DNA from: a bacterium
Lineage (GTDB): Bacteria; Hinthialibacterota; Hinthialibacteria; Hinthialibacterales; Hinthialibacteraceae
Length of the DNA: 64,000 bases
Direction of reading: 5' to 3'
Assembly (NCBI GenBank): GCA_963662285.2
Contig: CAXXMV010000001.1
Span: 896,001-960,000, forward strand
Shown one piece after another: positions 9,881 to 20,248 of this stretch. The notes under the pieces are model-generated. The model had not been told where the DNA came from. It was given only the letters and a program-made list of their open reading frames with translations, and did no database searches. Position 1 is the first letter of the stretch; each line of letters begins with the position of its first letter. The position numbers and the translations under genes were made by a program.

Positions 9881-11031
9881 GTTTTTTATCCTCACTGCTT
9901 GCACCCGCATGGATCAAACTGGCCTACCGCAAAGAAGGCCCCCTACGCATCGCCGCGCCTTTGCTGGCGCCTCTATCTTTGTTTTATGGTTTTATCCTTA
10001 TATTGCGAAGACTATTTTATCGAATTGGCCTATTCCATTCAAAATCCCATCCTATCCCCATTATCTCAGTCGGGAACATTACCGTCGGAGGCGTAGGCAA
10101 GACGCCGGTCACGTTATTTCTGGCGCATCATCTATCCCGCATGGGATTCAAACCGGCAATTCTACTACGCGGTTATGGTAGAAAATCAAATAATCCTATC
10201 GTTCTTCATAGGGAAAATTTCATAAAACCTCATGTTCAACAATATGGCGACGAACCTGCGCTGTTAGCCTTTCTTTCCGATTTCCCTATCGGAATTTGCA
10301 GCAACCGAAGCCAGGGCGTTGAAAAACTAGGCGCCGAAACCGACTGCAATATCATCATTCTGGATGATGGATTCCAACATATCCGCTTAAAAAGGAATCT
10401 TGATTTGGTCGTTTTAGATGGAAGCAATCCCTATGGCAATGGTTATTGTCTGCCATACGGACCTCTGCGCGAACCTACCAATGCATTAAATAAAGCAAAC
10501 GCCTTAATAATTAATGGGGAAATGAATCCTGACAATTACAGCGCAATCCAGCGCTTTGATAAAACAATCTATGAAGGCGGCCTGGAATGGATTGGTTTAT
10601 ACCCATTGGAAAGTTGGATGAAACAAGGAGGCGGAATACCATCTTCGATAGAAAGACATCGAGATCAACCGGTAATTATCGCATCGGGGATCGGGTCGCC
10701 GCAAAGACTGAAAAATCAAGCAGAAAGTTATGGATTAATCATCAAGGATTTTATATCTTATCCAGATCATTACTGGTTTAATAAAAACGATTTACGCTTT
10801 TTAGAAATCAAAGCAAGGCAGCATCCCATTCTTATCACCGAAAAAGACGCCATCCGCTTCTTCACTCACCAAGACATTTCGAGAAAATTGCTCGATAATA
10901 CATTTGTCATTCATGCCGCCTGGAAAATGAATCAATCCAGTCGCTTTGAACACTGGTTAGACTCCAAAATAGAACAAATTCTAAAAGATCAACTCGATCC
11001 GCCGGTTGAATCAATCCCCGCAAGTGAGTAG
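9877..11031 (+). CDS. lpxK: Tetraacyldisaccharide 4'-kinase
   Basis: SVGNITVGGVGKTP, RGYG, GDEP, LDDGFQH, GPLREP, TEKD motifs. Confidence 0.96.
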   Translation: MSFLSSLLAPAWIKLAYRKEGPLRIAAPLLAPLSLFYGFILILRRLFYRIGLFHSKSHPIPIISVGNITVGGVGKTPVTLFLAHHLSRMGFKPAILLRGYGRKSNNPIVLHRENFIKPHVQQYGDEPALLAFLSDFPIGICSNRSQGVEKLGAETDCNIIILDDGFQHIRLKRNLDLVVLDGSNPYGNGYCLPYGPLREPTNALNKANALIINGEMNPDNYSAIQRFDKTIYEGGLEWIGLYPLESWMKQGGGIPSSIERHRDQPVIIASGIGSPQRLKNQAESYGLIIKDFISYPDHYWFNKNDLRFLEIKARQHPILITEKDAIRFFTHQDISRKLLDNTFVIHAAWKMNQSSRFEHWLDSKIEQILKDQLDPPVESIPASE

Positions 11032-11075
11032 ATTTCTCATTATACTTTTTCGCAAAACAAGGAGCTGTTTAATTT

Positions 11076-12497
11076 ATGCCTGTTTCAAATTGGGACTCAT
11101 TATATAAAACCGCATACCAAAATGGCATCAAACGCATCAATGAAATTCCAGGAGTATGCTGCGCTTTCCATTCCGTAATTGATGGCTTAATCCACATCAC
11201 GCCCGATTTAATCAAACCGCAATTACTTAAGAATCCATCATTAAAACAAGCCGCGCTAGATGGCTGCAAGGGCGCATCACCGCAGGAAATCCATTCACGC
11301 GAAGATTTAATTCAGGGACTTTTCTTCTCGCTATCACGTGGAACAGCAACTCAAATAGTGATCCGCAACCGGGAAGTCCATCAATGGGTGCTGGAAACAT
11401 TCGGTCCGGGAGAATACCGCCTCGGCGGCACCACAGGTAATATGGCGCGTTCACTGGCGCCCCTGGGTCTGCCCGTAACCGTTTACGCCAACCCGCTAAC
11501 CATTGAGTTAGCCGATTTGTTCGGAGATTATTCAAACCTTAACGTCATTGTCAAACCAAACGGCGCTGTCAAACGGATCACCCCGCACAAAGCAGCTGTG
11601 GAAAAAGGCATCTTCGCTGTTCACTGGATACTGGAATATGGCGCCGATTTCCTGATGTATATTGATGGAATCAAGGTGCAGCCGCACCGCGCTAACCGCT
11701 ATATACCGTCATGGAATCCCGTCAATAACCAATTCCAGATGTGTGACGATTTCGCGGATGGATTCCTATCGCTGAGCGATACGTACAGTCACCTGCTATT
11801 TTCAGGCTTCCACATCCTTTCTGAAAAATACCCGGATGGAAGCGATTGTATAGATACCATAAAACCTCTAGGCGAGTATTTGATTAAGCTTAATCAAAAA
11901 TCACCCCGGTTGAAGATTCATCTCGAAATGGCCTCTATCTCATCATCTCTGATCCGAAAAGCGATTGTAGAATATATTCTGCCTCATGTTCACAGCATCG
12001 GATTAAACGAAACCGAACTGCCTCTGATCCTGGAACCGATTAATCCGGTTATCAATACCGAAACTGTGGAAAATCATTCCGCTTATAATTTTTGCCGGGA
12101 TATGGCGACATTATTAAAAAATACATCTCTGGAACGGGTTCATTTCCATAACCTGGGATATTACCTGTGCCTTGAACGAAACACATGGACATCAAAAGAA
12201 GCGTCACGCGACGCCCTGCTGTTCGCAGCGACTATGGCGGCGGCGCGGGCGCAAAATGGATTGTTCACCTGTCTGGATGATATTGAGACCGGTTTAACGC
12301 CAGAATTGGAACAATCTGGACTAGCAGAGTTAAAATGCTTAGCTGAACGCTTGCGCCAACCAGAACTTATTAAGACCGGCATCGGGATGTTTGAAGATTG
12401 GAATTTATACTTTACGCCCACCCGGCTGGTAAAAAAGCCTCTATTCACCGTCGGATTGGGCGATACTATATCCTCAGGCGCTTTTTTAACGACATAG
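11076..12497 (+). CDS. ADP-dependent glucokinase/phosphofructokinase (PfkC family)
   Basis: RLGG..GNMA, HWILEY, ANRYI, SGFH, HLEMAS, SIGLNETEL, C-terminal TVGLGDTISSGAF. Confidence 0.88.
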   Translation: MPVSNWDSLYKTAYQNGIKRINEIPGVCCAFHSVIDGLIHITPDLIKPQLLKNPSLKQAALDGCKGASPQEIHSREDLIQGLFFSLSRGTATQIVIRNREVHQWVLETFGPGEYRLGGTTGNMARSLAPLGLPVTVYANPLTIELADLFGDYSNLNVIVKPNGAVKRITPHKAAVEKGIFAVHWILEYGADFLMYIDGIKVQPHRANRYIPSWNPVNNQFQMCDDFADGFLSLSDTYSHLLFSGFHILSEKYPDGSDCIDTIKPLGEYLIKLNQKSPRLKIHLEMASISSSLIRKAIVEYILPHVHSIGLNETELPLILEPINPVINTETVENHSAYNFCRDMATLLKNTSLERVHFHNLGYYLCLERNTWTSKEASRDALLFAATMAAARAQNGLFTCLDDIETGLTPELEQSGLAELKCLAERLRQPELIKTGIGMFEDWNLYFTPTRLVKKPLFTVGLGDTISSGAFLTT

Positions 12498-12533
12498 ATT
12501 AATTCTGAGAATCGCTACTAAGAAAGAAAATCC

Positions 12534-12893
12534 ATGAAAATCCCCCGATGCGCGCCATCCTGGTTAATGAGCATTGCGCATGACCTGGTCAAAGCCGGTT
12601 CAGAAAATCCCGGCTCAACTAATCTTTCATGGATTCCCAACTGGAATATTGCGCTGCATTGGATTCAACAGCCCACCTATGGCGCACTTTGTTATCATGG
12701 CGATACAGTGGTGGATGATGTAATGCAGAAGCAAATGCTGGATGCATTGTCACGTTCCAGCCAGAAAAAACTGGTCACCATAGTAAATCAAACCCCGACC
12801 TCCGCCATCTGCTTCTTCGGCGGCGCCCCAGCCGATATCCATTTAGACACCTTCGATCTGGAGAAAATGAACATCAACCGCCCGCCTAATTAA
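12534..12893 (+). CDS. Hypothetical protein
   Basis: 119-aa ORF 36 bp after the kinase gene, same strand; no family recognised. Confidence 0.55.
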   Translation: MKIPRCAPSWLMSIAHDLVKAGSENPGSTNLSWIPNWNIALHWIQQPTYGALCYHGDTVVDDVMQKQMLDALSRSSQKKLVTIVNQTPTSAICFFGGAPADIHLDTFDLEKMNINRPPN

Positions 12894-13084
12894 GCGCAGT
12901 TTTCCGCAAAACATATTCATTCGGTTTAATATACAACATAATGTTTCCCTCCTATATTTCTAATATGCATAACTTGCTGTAATTCCGGTATTATCATATA
13001 TTTATATATCCTTCTATGATATTAACATGATAATTACGTATTAATTAGCAGAAATAATATTTTTATTTAATATACAATATTTGC

Positions 13085-13114
13085 TTGACAATGTATATTT
13101 ACTGTGATTAGTAT
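13085..13114 (+). promoter_or_regulatory. sigma70-type promoter
   Basis: TTGACA-18 bp-TAGTAT in an AT-rich region, followed by AGGAGG and ATG at 13155. Confidence 0.6.
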
Positions 13115-13154
13115 TAAATCATGAAGCATTCATAACACATCTCAGGAGGACAGC

Positions 13155-14864
13155 ATGAACAGAATTGCAGCAATGGTCATGTCCGGTTTTTTGGCGCTTT
13201 TTTGCCTTCCAACCGGGTTCGCACAGGATTAGCAGCCGGTTCCGGTTTCGGAGTATGCCAAGAAATCCGGGCCAAACACTCTTACCTTCCTCAGTTACCC
13301 CAAGTATTACAAAGACGCTGAGCAGAAACTTACATTGGTAAAAACCAATCTGGTTGAGTCCGGCGATCCCCAGTGGGATTACGAGGTCACCACGGGCATC
13401 TGGACTTTGCGGGTGCGCACTGATGGAACCTTCCAGGCCGAACATCAGGGCGACATCTTCAGTTACCAGTTGTCCGGCGTTGGAGTCGGTCGCGGGGAAG
13501 CCTTCAAGGCCTTCGATTGGGGAACGCCCGTCTGGAAGAACTACCAGATCATGGGGGATACGATCCGCTGGTCGGATGTTTTTCCTGACGTCGATCTCTC
13601 GGTGCGATATATTCACGATATCCTAAAAGTTGACGTAATCGTGAAGGCGGCGTTGATGAATCAGATTCGGGACGAAGTGCAAAAAGGCAACCTCAATGCA
13701 GAGGATTACCTGACTGCGCGTTTCGATATCCCCGGAGTCGCGGAAATGTCAGCCAACCTCGGCGACCTGGCTAAAGCGCCGGAAGGCGATGTTGTGATTG
13801 ATCCATCTGAAGATTTTAATAATTCAGATCTTGATACATTGTTAGTCGATGGAAGTGGACCGTATGGTTCTAGTGGAATTGTTGATTGGGGTGGTGATGA
13901 CCGCCTTCTTTTTGGCTTTGATGTTAGTGTTTTTCCATCTTATAGTGAAATCGATTCTTCATCTCTTCGATTCAAAATATATCAGAACCGTACGGCGGCT
14001 GATGCGGCATTTACTGCTTATAAAGTTACAACCTCTTGGGATGAATCTACTGCTGATTGGGATACTCCGTGGAGTACGGACGGAGGTGACTATGATAGTA
14101 GTGTTAGTACAGGGAATATAGTTATTCTTTACGATTACGAAGGTAGGTTTGAAAATCTAGATGTATCAAACATCTTGAACTCACATCTTAGCAATTCAGA
14201 AGATGATGTTAAAACAAAAGGAGTCTTGTTGAAACGCAATGCTTCTTACGACACAAGCAATATTCGTATTTATACAAACAATGCGACATATTCTGATGAT
14301 CGCCCGATATGAACAGTGGATTATACTACTGTTCATAAACTAACATTCTACAAGCATCAAAATACGAGTTTCAACATAAGCACTGCAGATTCTTGGATTT
14401 CTTCTGGAAATTTTGCAATTCAGACAGATGATAGTGGAGTGCCTATTGGAGATGATTACGTAGCCAAGGCTGAAATGCAAAGAGAAGGCAGTCTTTCAAT
14501 GCCAGGAGATATTGCGGATAATTTTACAGCTGTATTGGATGTTTCTGATAAAACTGATATTTTTGAGTTACTTTCAAATGATGCTACTGGAGAACATAAA
14601 GTCTACATTGTTAGTGAAATAAATATTGATGGTTCTGTGTATTTTGGATATGCTCAAGTTTTTGGACGATGTATGATTCATGATGATGTTGCTAATTCTA
14701 AAACCTTGATACATGAACTTGGGCATAATGTAGGTTTAAGACATACGCTGGAAACTTCGGATTATTGGTATTTTATTATGCATCCAGGTGGCGGCGGCGA
14801 TTATAAGCGTTTTTTAAGGGCTGAAGATGTGACAAGGTTTGAGAAAAAACAGTGTTGCGATTAA
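13155..14864 (+). pseudogene. Secreted modular protein (N-terminal domain + DNRLRE-like domain + metzincin-type HExxH peptidase) broken by two in-frame stops
   Basis: Single frame from ATG 13155 (signal peptide MNRIAAM..GFAQD) with TAG at 13230-13232 and TGA at 14310-14312 (RPI*TVDY); C-terminal HELGHNVGLRH plus Met-turn IMHP. Confidence 0.8.
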
Positions 14865-14880
14865 ACAAGGAGAAAATACA

Positions 14881-15609
14881 ATGAAAATCAATACTAAATC
14901 AGTTAATATGTTACTACTCATAATCGTCTTTTTTACTCCATTATCTTATGGTGAGATTCTGGATGATGGTGATATACATGATACATTTACTGATCAGGAT
15001 CACACAGTCTTAAACAATTACCATGAGAATGATTTAGAAAAGAAGATTGAAGATATATCAATAAAAGATTACATTATTGATAAAATACAAAATGGTAAAG
15101 ATGCAATCGAAATCAGAAATGGATATAGTTTGATATATGCATTGACAGAACAGCATCAATTATACTTCGAACCTATCCTCATAGAACATATCACGAAGCA
15201 AATAAACAGCGAAACCCTTTCTTATAAATATGAAATAATCGAGGGTAATGTTGTTTTATTAAGTGCGTTATACACAATAGGAATTATCAGAACAGAGAAA
15301 TCCATTGATTTTTTACTTCAATTAATAGAACCAGTCGATCTATGGCGAGACTCTTTGAAGAAAGCGATTCAAAAGAATAATGATAGGGATATTTTGATCG
15401 AAGAAATTCGCATTCGGTCAATGGGGTCTTTACTACAGCCGCAAGATGAAATAGGTAAGGAATTATTGGGCGTTATCGAAAAGAAGATCGGAAATTTCAC
15501 AAGTGATGATCCTCTTAAATCAAGAATGGAAAAGAAGATTAATACATGGGAGAAGATATATGCTAAGATAGATTCAAGTGGAAATGGCCTCTTTGAAAAT
15601 ATCAAGTGA
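14881..15609 (+). CDS. Secreted acidic helical protein, possible partner/immunity protein of the upstream peptidase
   Basis: AGGAGA RBS, signal peptide, AT-rich; HEAT-like segment ALYTIGIIRTEKSIDFLLQLI; starts 16 bp after the peptidase stop. Confidence 0.65.
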   Translation: MKINTKSVNMLLLIIVFFTPLSYGEILDDGDIHDTFTDQDHTVLNNYHENDLEKKIEDISIKDYIIDKIQNGKDAIEIRNGYSLIYALTEQHQLYFEPILIEHITKQINSETLSYKYEIIEGNVVLLSALYTIGIIRTEKSIDFLLQLIEPVDLWRDSLKKAIQKNNDRDILIEEIRIRSMGSLLQPQDEIGKELLGVIEKKIGNFTSDDPLKSRMEKKINTWEKIYAKIDSSGNGLFENIK

Positions 15610-15682
15610 CCTCTTTCTTCATGTATTGAACTTTGACCGATTGAAATAAAAAATCGCGGGTGACGCCGTCCGCGTGCAACAG

Positions 15683-15729
15683 AATAACCATCCCCGGAGC
15701 GTGAAACGCCCAATCCCGCCTCCGGGGAT
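15683..15729 (+). repeat. 47-bp hairpin repeat, copy 1
   Basis: AATAACCATCCCCGGAG..CTCCGGGGAT; 44/47 identical to 20249-20295. Confidence 0.85.
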
Positions 15730-15858
15730 GAATTCTTCCTTTTTTGATTGGGTGTCGAGCGCCTAGGACAAGACGAAGTATATATTAGTTCGCAAGTGAC
15801 CGCATTGAGGTCTTGCCCTTGGCGCCCGGTTGATTTATCGAAAATAATCAATTGATCC

Positions 15859-15887
15859 GGTGGGTCAAAAAACGCGACCCACCCTAC
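15859..15887 (-). repeat. Single GTAG-type REP element
   Basis: Minus strand reads GTAG-GGTGGGTC-GCGTTTTTT-GACCCACC. Confidence 0.7.
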
Positions 15888-16051
15888 GGGACTACGAAAT
15901 CGACCTGTGGTTTTTTTCGATTGTTTACGTCCTGTTTGCAATTTTGGTATTGTCTCTTTTCTATTGGTTTCCAATCGAGCGCTCACACACATCCAATCGA
16001 TGTGTGGATGATGCTGGTCGATAATTCCATTTTATCCAAATTCATTCACGA

Positions 16052-16468
16052 TCAATTTAAACAAGATAGAAAACATAACACCATAACAGGGGGTGAGACG
16101 ATCAGGAAGCCGGTTTTAAAACCAAGGTAACATTCGTTTTCGTGATCGGTGTATTTCCCCAAAGAGTAACTGAAAAAAAACATGAAAGCAAGTATGTTAA
16201 TCACAACATATATTGTTCTAAATCGGTAGAAAACAAAAGCGGTGATGCAGGCAAATAGAATGTAGATAACCGATGCTCGATTGAATATTCGTATCAATAA
16301 ATACGGTTGCAGCCTTTTCTTCAGCAAACCCATTTTTATCAGTATACGTTCAACAATCAATAAATATAAAGTCGGGATGAACACAAACAACAACCAAAGA
16401 ATAATAATTGAACTGGCAATCGTTGCGGCATACTGCAGCAATGATTCAACACGATTTATTCCGAACAT
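16052..16468 (-). CDS. Small membrane protein
   Basis: Several hydrophobic helices; start MFGINR with GAAGGA upstream, overlapping the stop of the upstream gene. Confidence 0.6.
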   Translation of the reverse strand: MFGINRVESLLQYAATIASSIIILWLLFVFIPTLYLLIVERILIKMGLLKKRLQPYLLIRIFNRASVIYILFACITAFVFYRFRTIYVVINILAFMFFFSYSLGKYTDHENECYLGFKTGFLIVSPPVMVLCFLSCLN

Positions 16469-17142
16469 GATCCTTCCTTCGAATAAGGCGCAATTTTTTT
16501 TATCCGTTCCTGAATAAACAGACTCGCGTTGGTTAGATTCGCTTCCTTTTCTTTTGAATACCAGTAACAAAGCAGGTTGCGAGATTCTCCCGTTTCGCTC
16601 GAATACGTAATTTGCAGGGATTCGTCATTTCGCTGGCAGGATTCGATTTCACGCCACGAGATAAATCGAGTTGTTTTGCAATAATAGTAGAAAATGCCGT
16701 TCTCGCGTATCTCCACTTCAAAGACGAAAAAGGCCACATAGAAGTAGAGGCACAGAAAGAATCCAAAAATCGGCAGCGACGTAAGAACAAAAATAAAAAT
16801 CCATAAGAAAATTTCCAACTGATTTAACGTTTGTTTCTGATGAGGTTCGAGGGGCGAGAAACGATAATATATTTTTCCCCCAATTCTGACGGCGTATTCA
16901 CTGCTTACAAGAGGATATCCAACAACGAAAAATGCGGCTAGAAGATATTCGGAGTATTTTTCCCAGAGAGACGCTTCCTGCCAAGGGAGGGAAACCATGC
17001 AAAAATAGACGGCGATCCAGCACAGAGGATACACAAGAAGATAAACCATCCGAGGACCGGTTTTCAGGTACAATGCCCGAAGAAGGAAAAAGGCAATGAC
17101 CGATAAAATAAGGATGTATACGAATAGAAGGTTCTCATTCAT
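16456..17142 (-). CDS. Membrane protein with C-terminal PH-like soluble domain
   Basis: 4-5 TM segments followed by EIRENGIFY..RFISWREIESC, a bacterial PH-like pattern. Confidence 0.65.
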   Translation of the reverse strand: MNENLLFVYILILSVIAFFLLRALYLKTGPRMVYLLVYPLCWIAVYFCMVSLPWQEASLWEKYSEYLLAAFFVVGYPLVSSEYAVRIGGKIYYRFSPLEPHQKQTLNQLEIFLWIFIFVLTSLPIFGFFLCLYFYVAFFVFEVEIRENGIFYYYCKTTRFISWREIESCQRNDESLQITYSSETGESRNLLCYWYSKEKEANLTNASLFIQERIKKIAPYSKEGSCSE

Positions 17143-17426
17143 TTCGGATTCAAATCTATCCCGATCAGGATTGAGTTGTCTTCCTTGAACGATAATTCGC
17201 TTCGATTTCCTGAATGGATTTTAATGTTACTAACATACGATATTCGATTTCGACCTTAGTTCCATCTTGTAGACGAACAAGTAATTTTCCATTGAATTTA
17301 TCGTTAGTTACATCAGTGATTTCATTATAAAACCTGAGTTTTCCAATTTCAAGTAATTAATTTCCCCAACCATGCTAATTCACTGGATTTATCATGCTCA
17401 TATGTGTAGAGTTACATAAAAAACTA

Positions 17427-17455
17427 TTGACAAGCCATTATAGTAGGTATATTAT
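17427..17455 (+). promoter_or_regulatory. Transposase promoter inside the IS
   Basis: TTGACA-17 bp-TATTAT upstream of GAGGGG and ATG 17495. Confidence 0.6.
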
Positions 17456-17494
17456 ACTGTACGTAATGTTACATTCCACGAGTGAGGGGACATT

Positions 17495-19231
17495 ATGGCC
17501 GGTAAAATCTATGCTAAACAAATTCATGGGAACACCTACTATTACTATCAAACCACTTGGCGTGAGAAAATTGATCCCAATAATCAGGGTAAAACTTCAG
17601 GTTCCGGCAAAAGCCGGGTTCGCACCCGCTCGGAATATCTCGGCACTGCTGATTCCATCTACCAACAATTGAAAGAACGAAACGCTCCTCTGGAAGTGCG
17701 CCATCGGGAATTCGGATTCATAGCGGCGATTTACCAAACCGCGGTTGAGATCGGGCTGGTTTCTCTTTTGAAAAAACATATTCCCGGACAGCGTTATGGC
17801 GTTCCGCGCTGGCTTTATTTTCTGCTCCCCATCATCAACCGTTTGCAATACGCCACCAGCAAACAAAAAATGGGGGATTGGGCGGCGGCGACTATCTTGC
17901 CCGACTTGCTTGATTTCGATCCCAAAAAATTCAACAGCAAAACCTTCTGGTATGTCACCGACGATGTCATCAGCGAAAAGGAATTGCAGGAACGACGCAA
18001 GAATCAACCCGAACTGGCGGATGAACTTTTCGTCGGTTTGGACGATTCAATTTTTTGCGCTATCGAAGAGAATTTGATCAACAATCTGCAACAGCAATGC
18101 GACCTCTCGGAAAACGTTTTCTTCTATGACGCCACAAACTTTTTTACTTACATCGAAGAGCCGCTTCGTGCGCTGTTGGCGCAAAGTGGTCACAACAAAG
18201 ATTCGCACCACCATCTCAAACAAGTGGGGCTGGCGATGTGCGTTGATAAAGAATGGGGCATCCCTCTTTTTCATACTCTTTACCGCGGCAATGCCCATGA
18301 CAGCAAAACCTTCGGCGGTTTGATTGATGACCTCATCGCCCGTCTACAGGCTAGTTTCCGTGACGTAGATAATCTGGTGCTGGTGTTGGATAAAGGCAAC
18401 AATAGTCAGGAAAATTTTGCTTCCCTGCAAGGCAAACTGCAATGGGTGGGCAGCCTGGTTCCCTCGCACTATGCGGATTTGATTGATCTACCGTTGGAGC
18501 AATACGAAGGAACAACTCAGGCTCACCGCTTTCACCGATGTAAGCGAAATGTGTTCGGCGTCGATTGCGCACTGGTACTTACATACAGTTCCAAGTTGGC
18601 CAGAAAACAAGAACACACTCTGCAAAATGGAATCAACAAACTCAAGCGGGATATTCTCGATGCATGGAATTCATATAAACGCCGCCCGAAAACTGTTCCC
18701 AAGAAAATTCTCCGCATGATCGAGGAGCGTCGGTTTGGTAAGTATATTACTGTGACCTACGAAAAAGATCAGTTGATCTTTGCCGAAACCGAAGCAATCG
18801 ACGCAAAGCGAAAACGGCATGGAAAAAATTTGCTATTCTGTTCGGACGATAAAGCGGAAAGCGGTTGGATCATAACCCAGTACCTGAGCAAGGAAAAAGT
18901 TGAAAACGATTTCAAAATTCTAAAAGACCCGGAATTGATTCGATGGCGTCCAGGGCGTCATTGGACCGACACCAAAATCCGGGCGTTTGGATTCTGCTGC
19001 GTGATGGCTTTGGTTCTGATTCAAGTCATGCTTCAGAAAGTCGACCGCGCCGGACTGCGAATGAGTGCGGCGGTGTTGAAAGAAGAACTAACCGATCTTA
19101 AAGAGATTCTGATGATTTATGATGACAAAAACGCCGACATGAAAGTGTCGCGCCGCAGTTCAATTCAACAACGGCTTTGGAATCTGTTCGATCTTGGTTC
19201 CATAGAAAGGCATTTACCATACACTAATTAA
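17495..19231 (+). CDS. IS1634-family DDE transposase
   Basis: FFYDATNFFT, GHNKD...LKQV, GNAHDSKT, VLDKGNNS, Y...EKVENDFKILK motifs. Confidence 0.92.
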   Translation: MAGKIYAKQIHGNTYYYYQTTWREKIDPNNQGKTSGSGKSRVRTRSEYLGTADSIYQQLKERNAPLEVRHREFGFIAAIYQTAVEIGLVSLLKKHIPGQRYGVPRWLYFLLPIINRLQYATSKQKMGDWAAATILPDLLDFDPKKFNSKTFWYVTDDVISEKELQERRKNQPELADELFVGLDDSIFCAIEENLINNLQQQCDLSENVFFYDATNFFTYIEEPLRALLAQSGHNKDSHHHLKQVGLAMCVDKEWGIPLFHTLYRGNAHDSKTFGGLIDDLIARLQASFRDVDNLVLVLDKGNNSQENFASLQGKLQWVGSLVPSHYADLIDLPLEQYEGTTQAHRFHRCKRNVFGVDCALVLTYSSKLARKQEHTLQNGINKLKRDILDAWNSYKRRPKTVPKKILRMIEERRFGKYITVTYEKDQLIFAETEAIDAKRKRHGKNLLFCSDDKAESGWIITQYLSKEKVENDFKILKDPELIRWRPGRHWTDTKIRAFGFCCVMALVLIQVMLQKVDRAGLRMSAAVLKEELTDLKEILMIYDDKNADMKVSRRSSIQQRLWNLFDLGSIERHLPYTN

Positions 19232-19699
19232 CTCTATATCCTCTTGTTTCTTAATATGTTATAATGAGGAGAATAGGCATTTTGGGAAACTCAGGTAAAA
19301 AACTTTGTTCCAATTTTTGTCCTGCCGAATTTCAAAACCGTCCTTGTGCAATCGAAGATAATTGACGCCGCATTTCCACAAAGAGAACGTAAACACCAGT
19401 AACGATATAGAAGCCATAGCGAGTAATATCCTTGCTTGTATATTCATGTCTCCCCTCTTGATTTCGTTGAGTAACCAAGCCATCAAAAATATACTCATCA
19501 ATAAAAAACAAATCGATAATATCGATTTAACCATGAATTCAAAGCGATTCATTACTGTTCCTTTCGACTCGAAGTCGTATCATGTTTTTAATCAGAGCAA
19601 TAAGCCCGCAAACCAATACAATCGAAAACTTACTCGATTCACAAGATCGCTTTCACGAACAAGGACGATGATAAAAAAGGTGAAATACAGGTTGTTGTT

Positions 19700-20221
19700 A
19701 AAGTGGGGAACTATAATCAAATTCAATGCTTTAAAGATGATGATAGGGTATTAGCAAATTCTCGTGTCGTATCATTATCTGAGAAGAAAGTTCTTCATGT
19801 TTTTGAAAATTCTGCTGGATCTATCATTACCAATAATAATCAAGTCTTTGTTTTGATGAGAGGAGGGGGTTCTCTGCAACTTTACAATACTAGCTTATGA
19901 GATTCAGAAACTTATACAAAAATAAGCGAAAATCCCATTTATGAATCAAGAAGCGTTGTAAACAAAATCTCACCAGATGGAAAATTTGTTGCAGTAGGCC
20001 GGACAGAAGATGCGCAGGAAGAGACGCGGATTATTGATGCTCAGACTGCTCAGATCAAAAGGAGAATACAAAACGCTAAAGGTGAAATTCCTGATGTGGA
20101 TAGAATCGTATTCTCTCCAGATGGAAAGCAAGTTGCATTGGTCAGTAAAAATGTTGTTAATGTCTACGACATAAGCGACCTGACCTCCAGTTCCAAATCA
20201 GGGGAGGCGCTGAAGAACTAA
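19700..20221 (+). pseudogene. 5'-truncated WD40-repeat protein remnant
   Basis: The 19703 frame continues past TGA 19898-19900 (TSL*DSET, expected W-D) into ISPDGKFVAVG and FSPDGKQVAL blades, ending YDISDLTSSSKSGEALKN*. Confidence 0.75.
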
Positions 20222-20248
20222 ACGGGTAGAATCCAAACGTGTAAATGC

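Larger units (their letters stand above)
17333..19295 (+). mobile_element. IS1634-family insertion sequence (1963 bp)
   Basis: TIRs CCTGAGTTTTCCAA / TTGGGAAACTCAGG (13/14 match); 5-bp target duplication TAAAA (17328-17332, 19296-19300). Confidence 0.92.
17165..19552 (-). pseudogene. Membrane protein gene (139 aa when reconstructed) interrupted by the IS1634 element
   Basis: Removing the IS and one TAAAA copy joins ..KNWNKVFY to NEITDVTNDKFNGKLLVRLQDGTKVEIEY..KTTQS* in frame (stop 17165-17167). Confidence 0.85.

Noticed and set aside
12894-13084. Very AT-rich intergenic tract as possible origin or ncRNA
   Set aside because: No DnaA-box cluster, iterons or stable structure seen; best read as the upstream region of the 13085 promoter at the island boundary
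15369-16130. ORFs 15369-15992 (-) and 15852-16130 (+)
   Set aside because: They span the hairpin repeat and REP, overlap real genes and have non-protein-like composition
13230-19900. Stop-codon recoding (in-frame TAG 13230, TGA 14310, TGA 19898 at a W-D position)
   Set aside because: Intact core genes here end in TGA (waaA, nadE) and TAG (lpxK, gyrB); the two TGAs replace different expected residues (Leu, Trp); all three lie in a decaying island, so nonsense mutations are simpler
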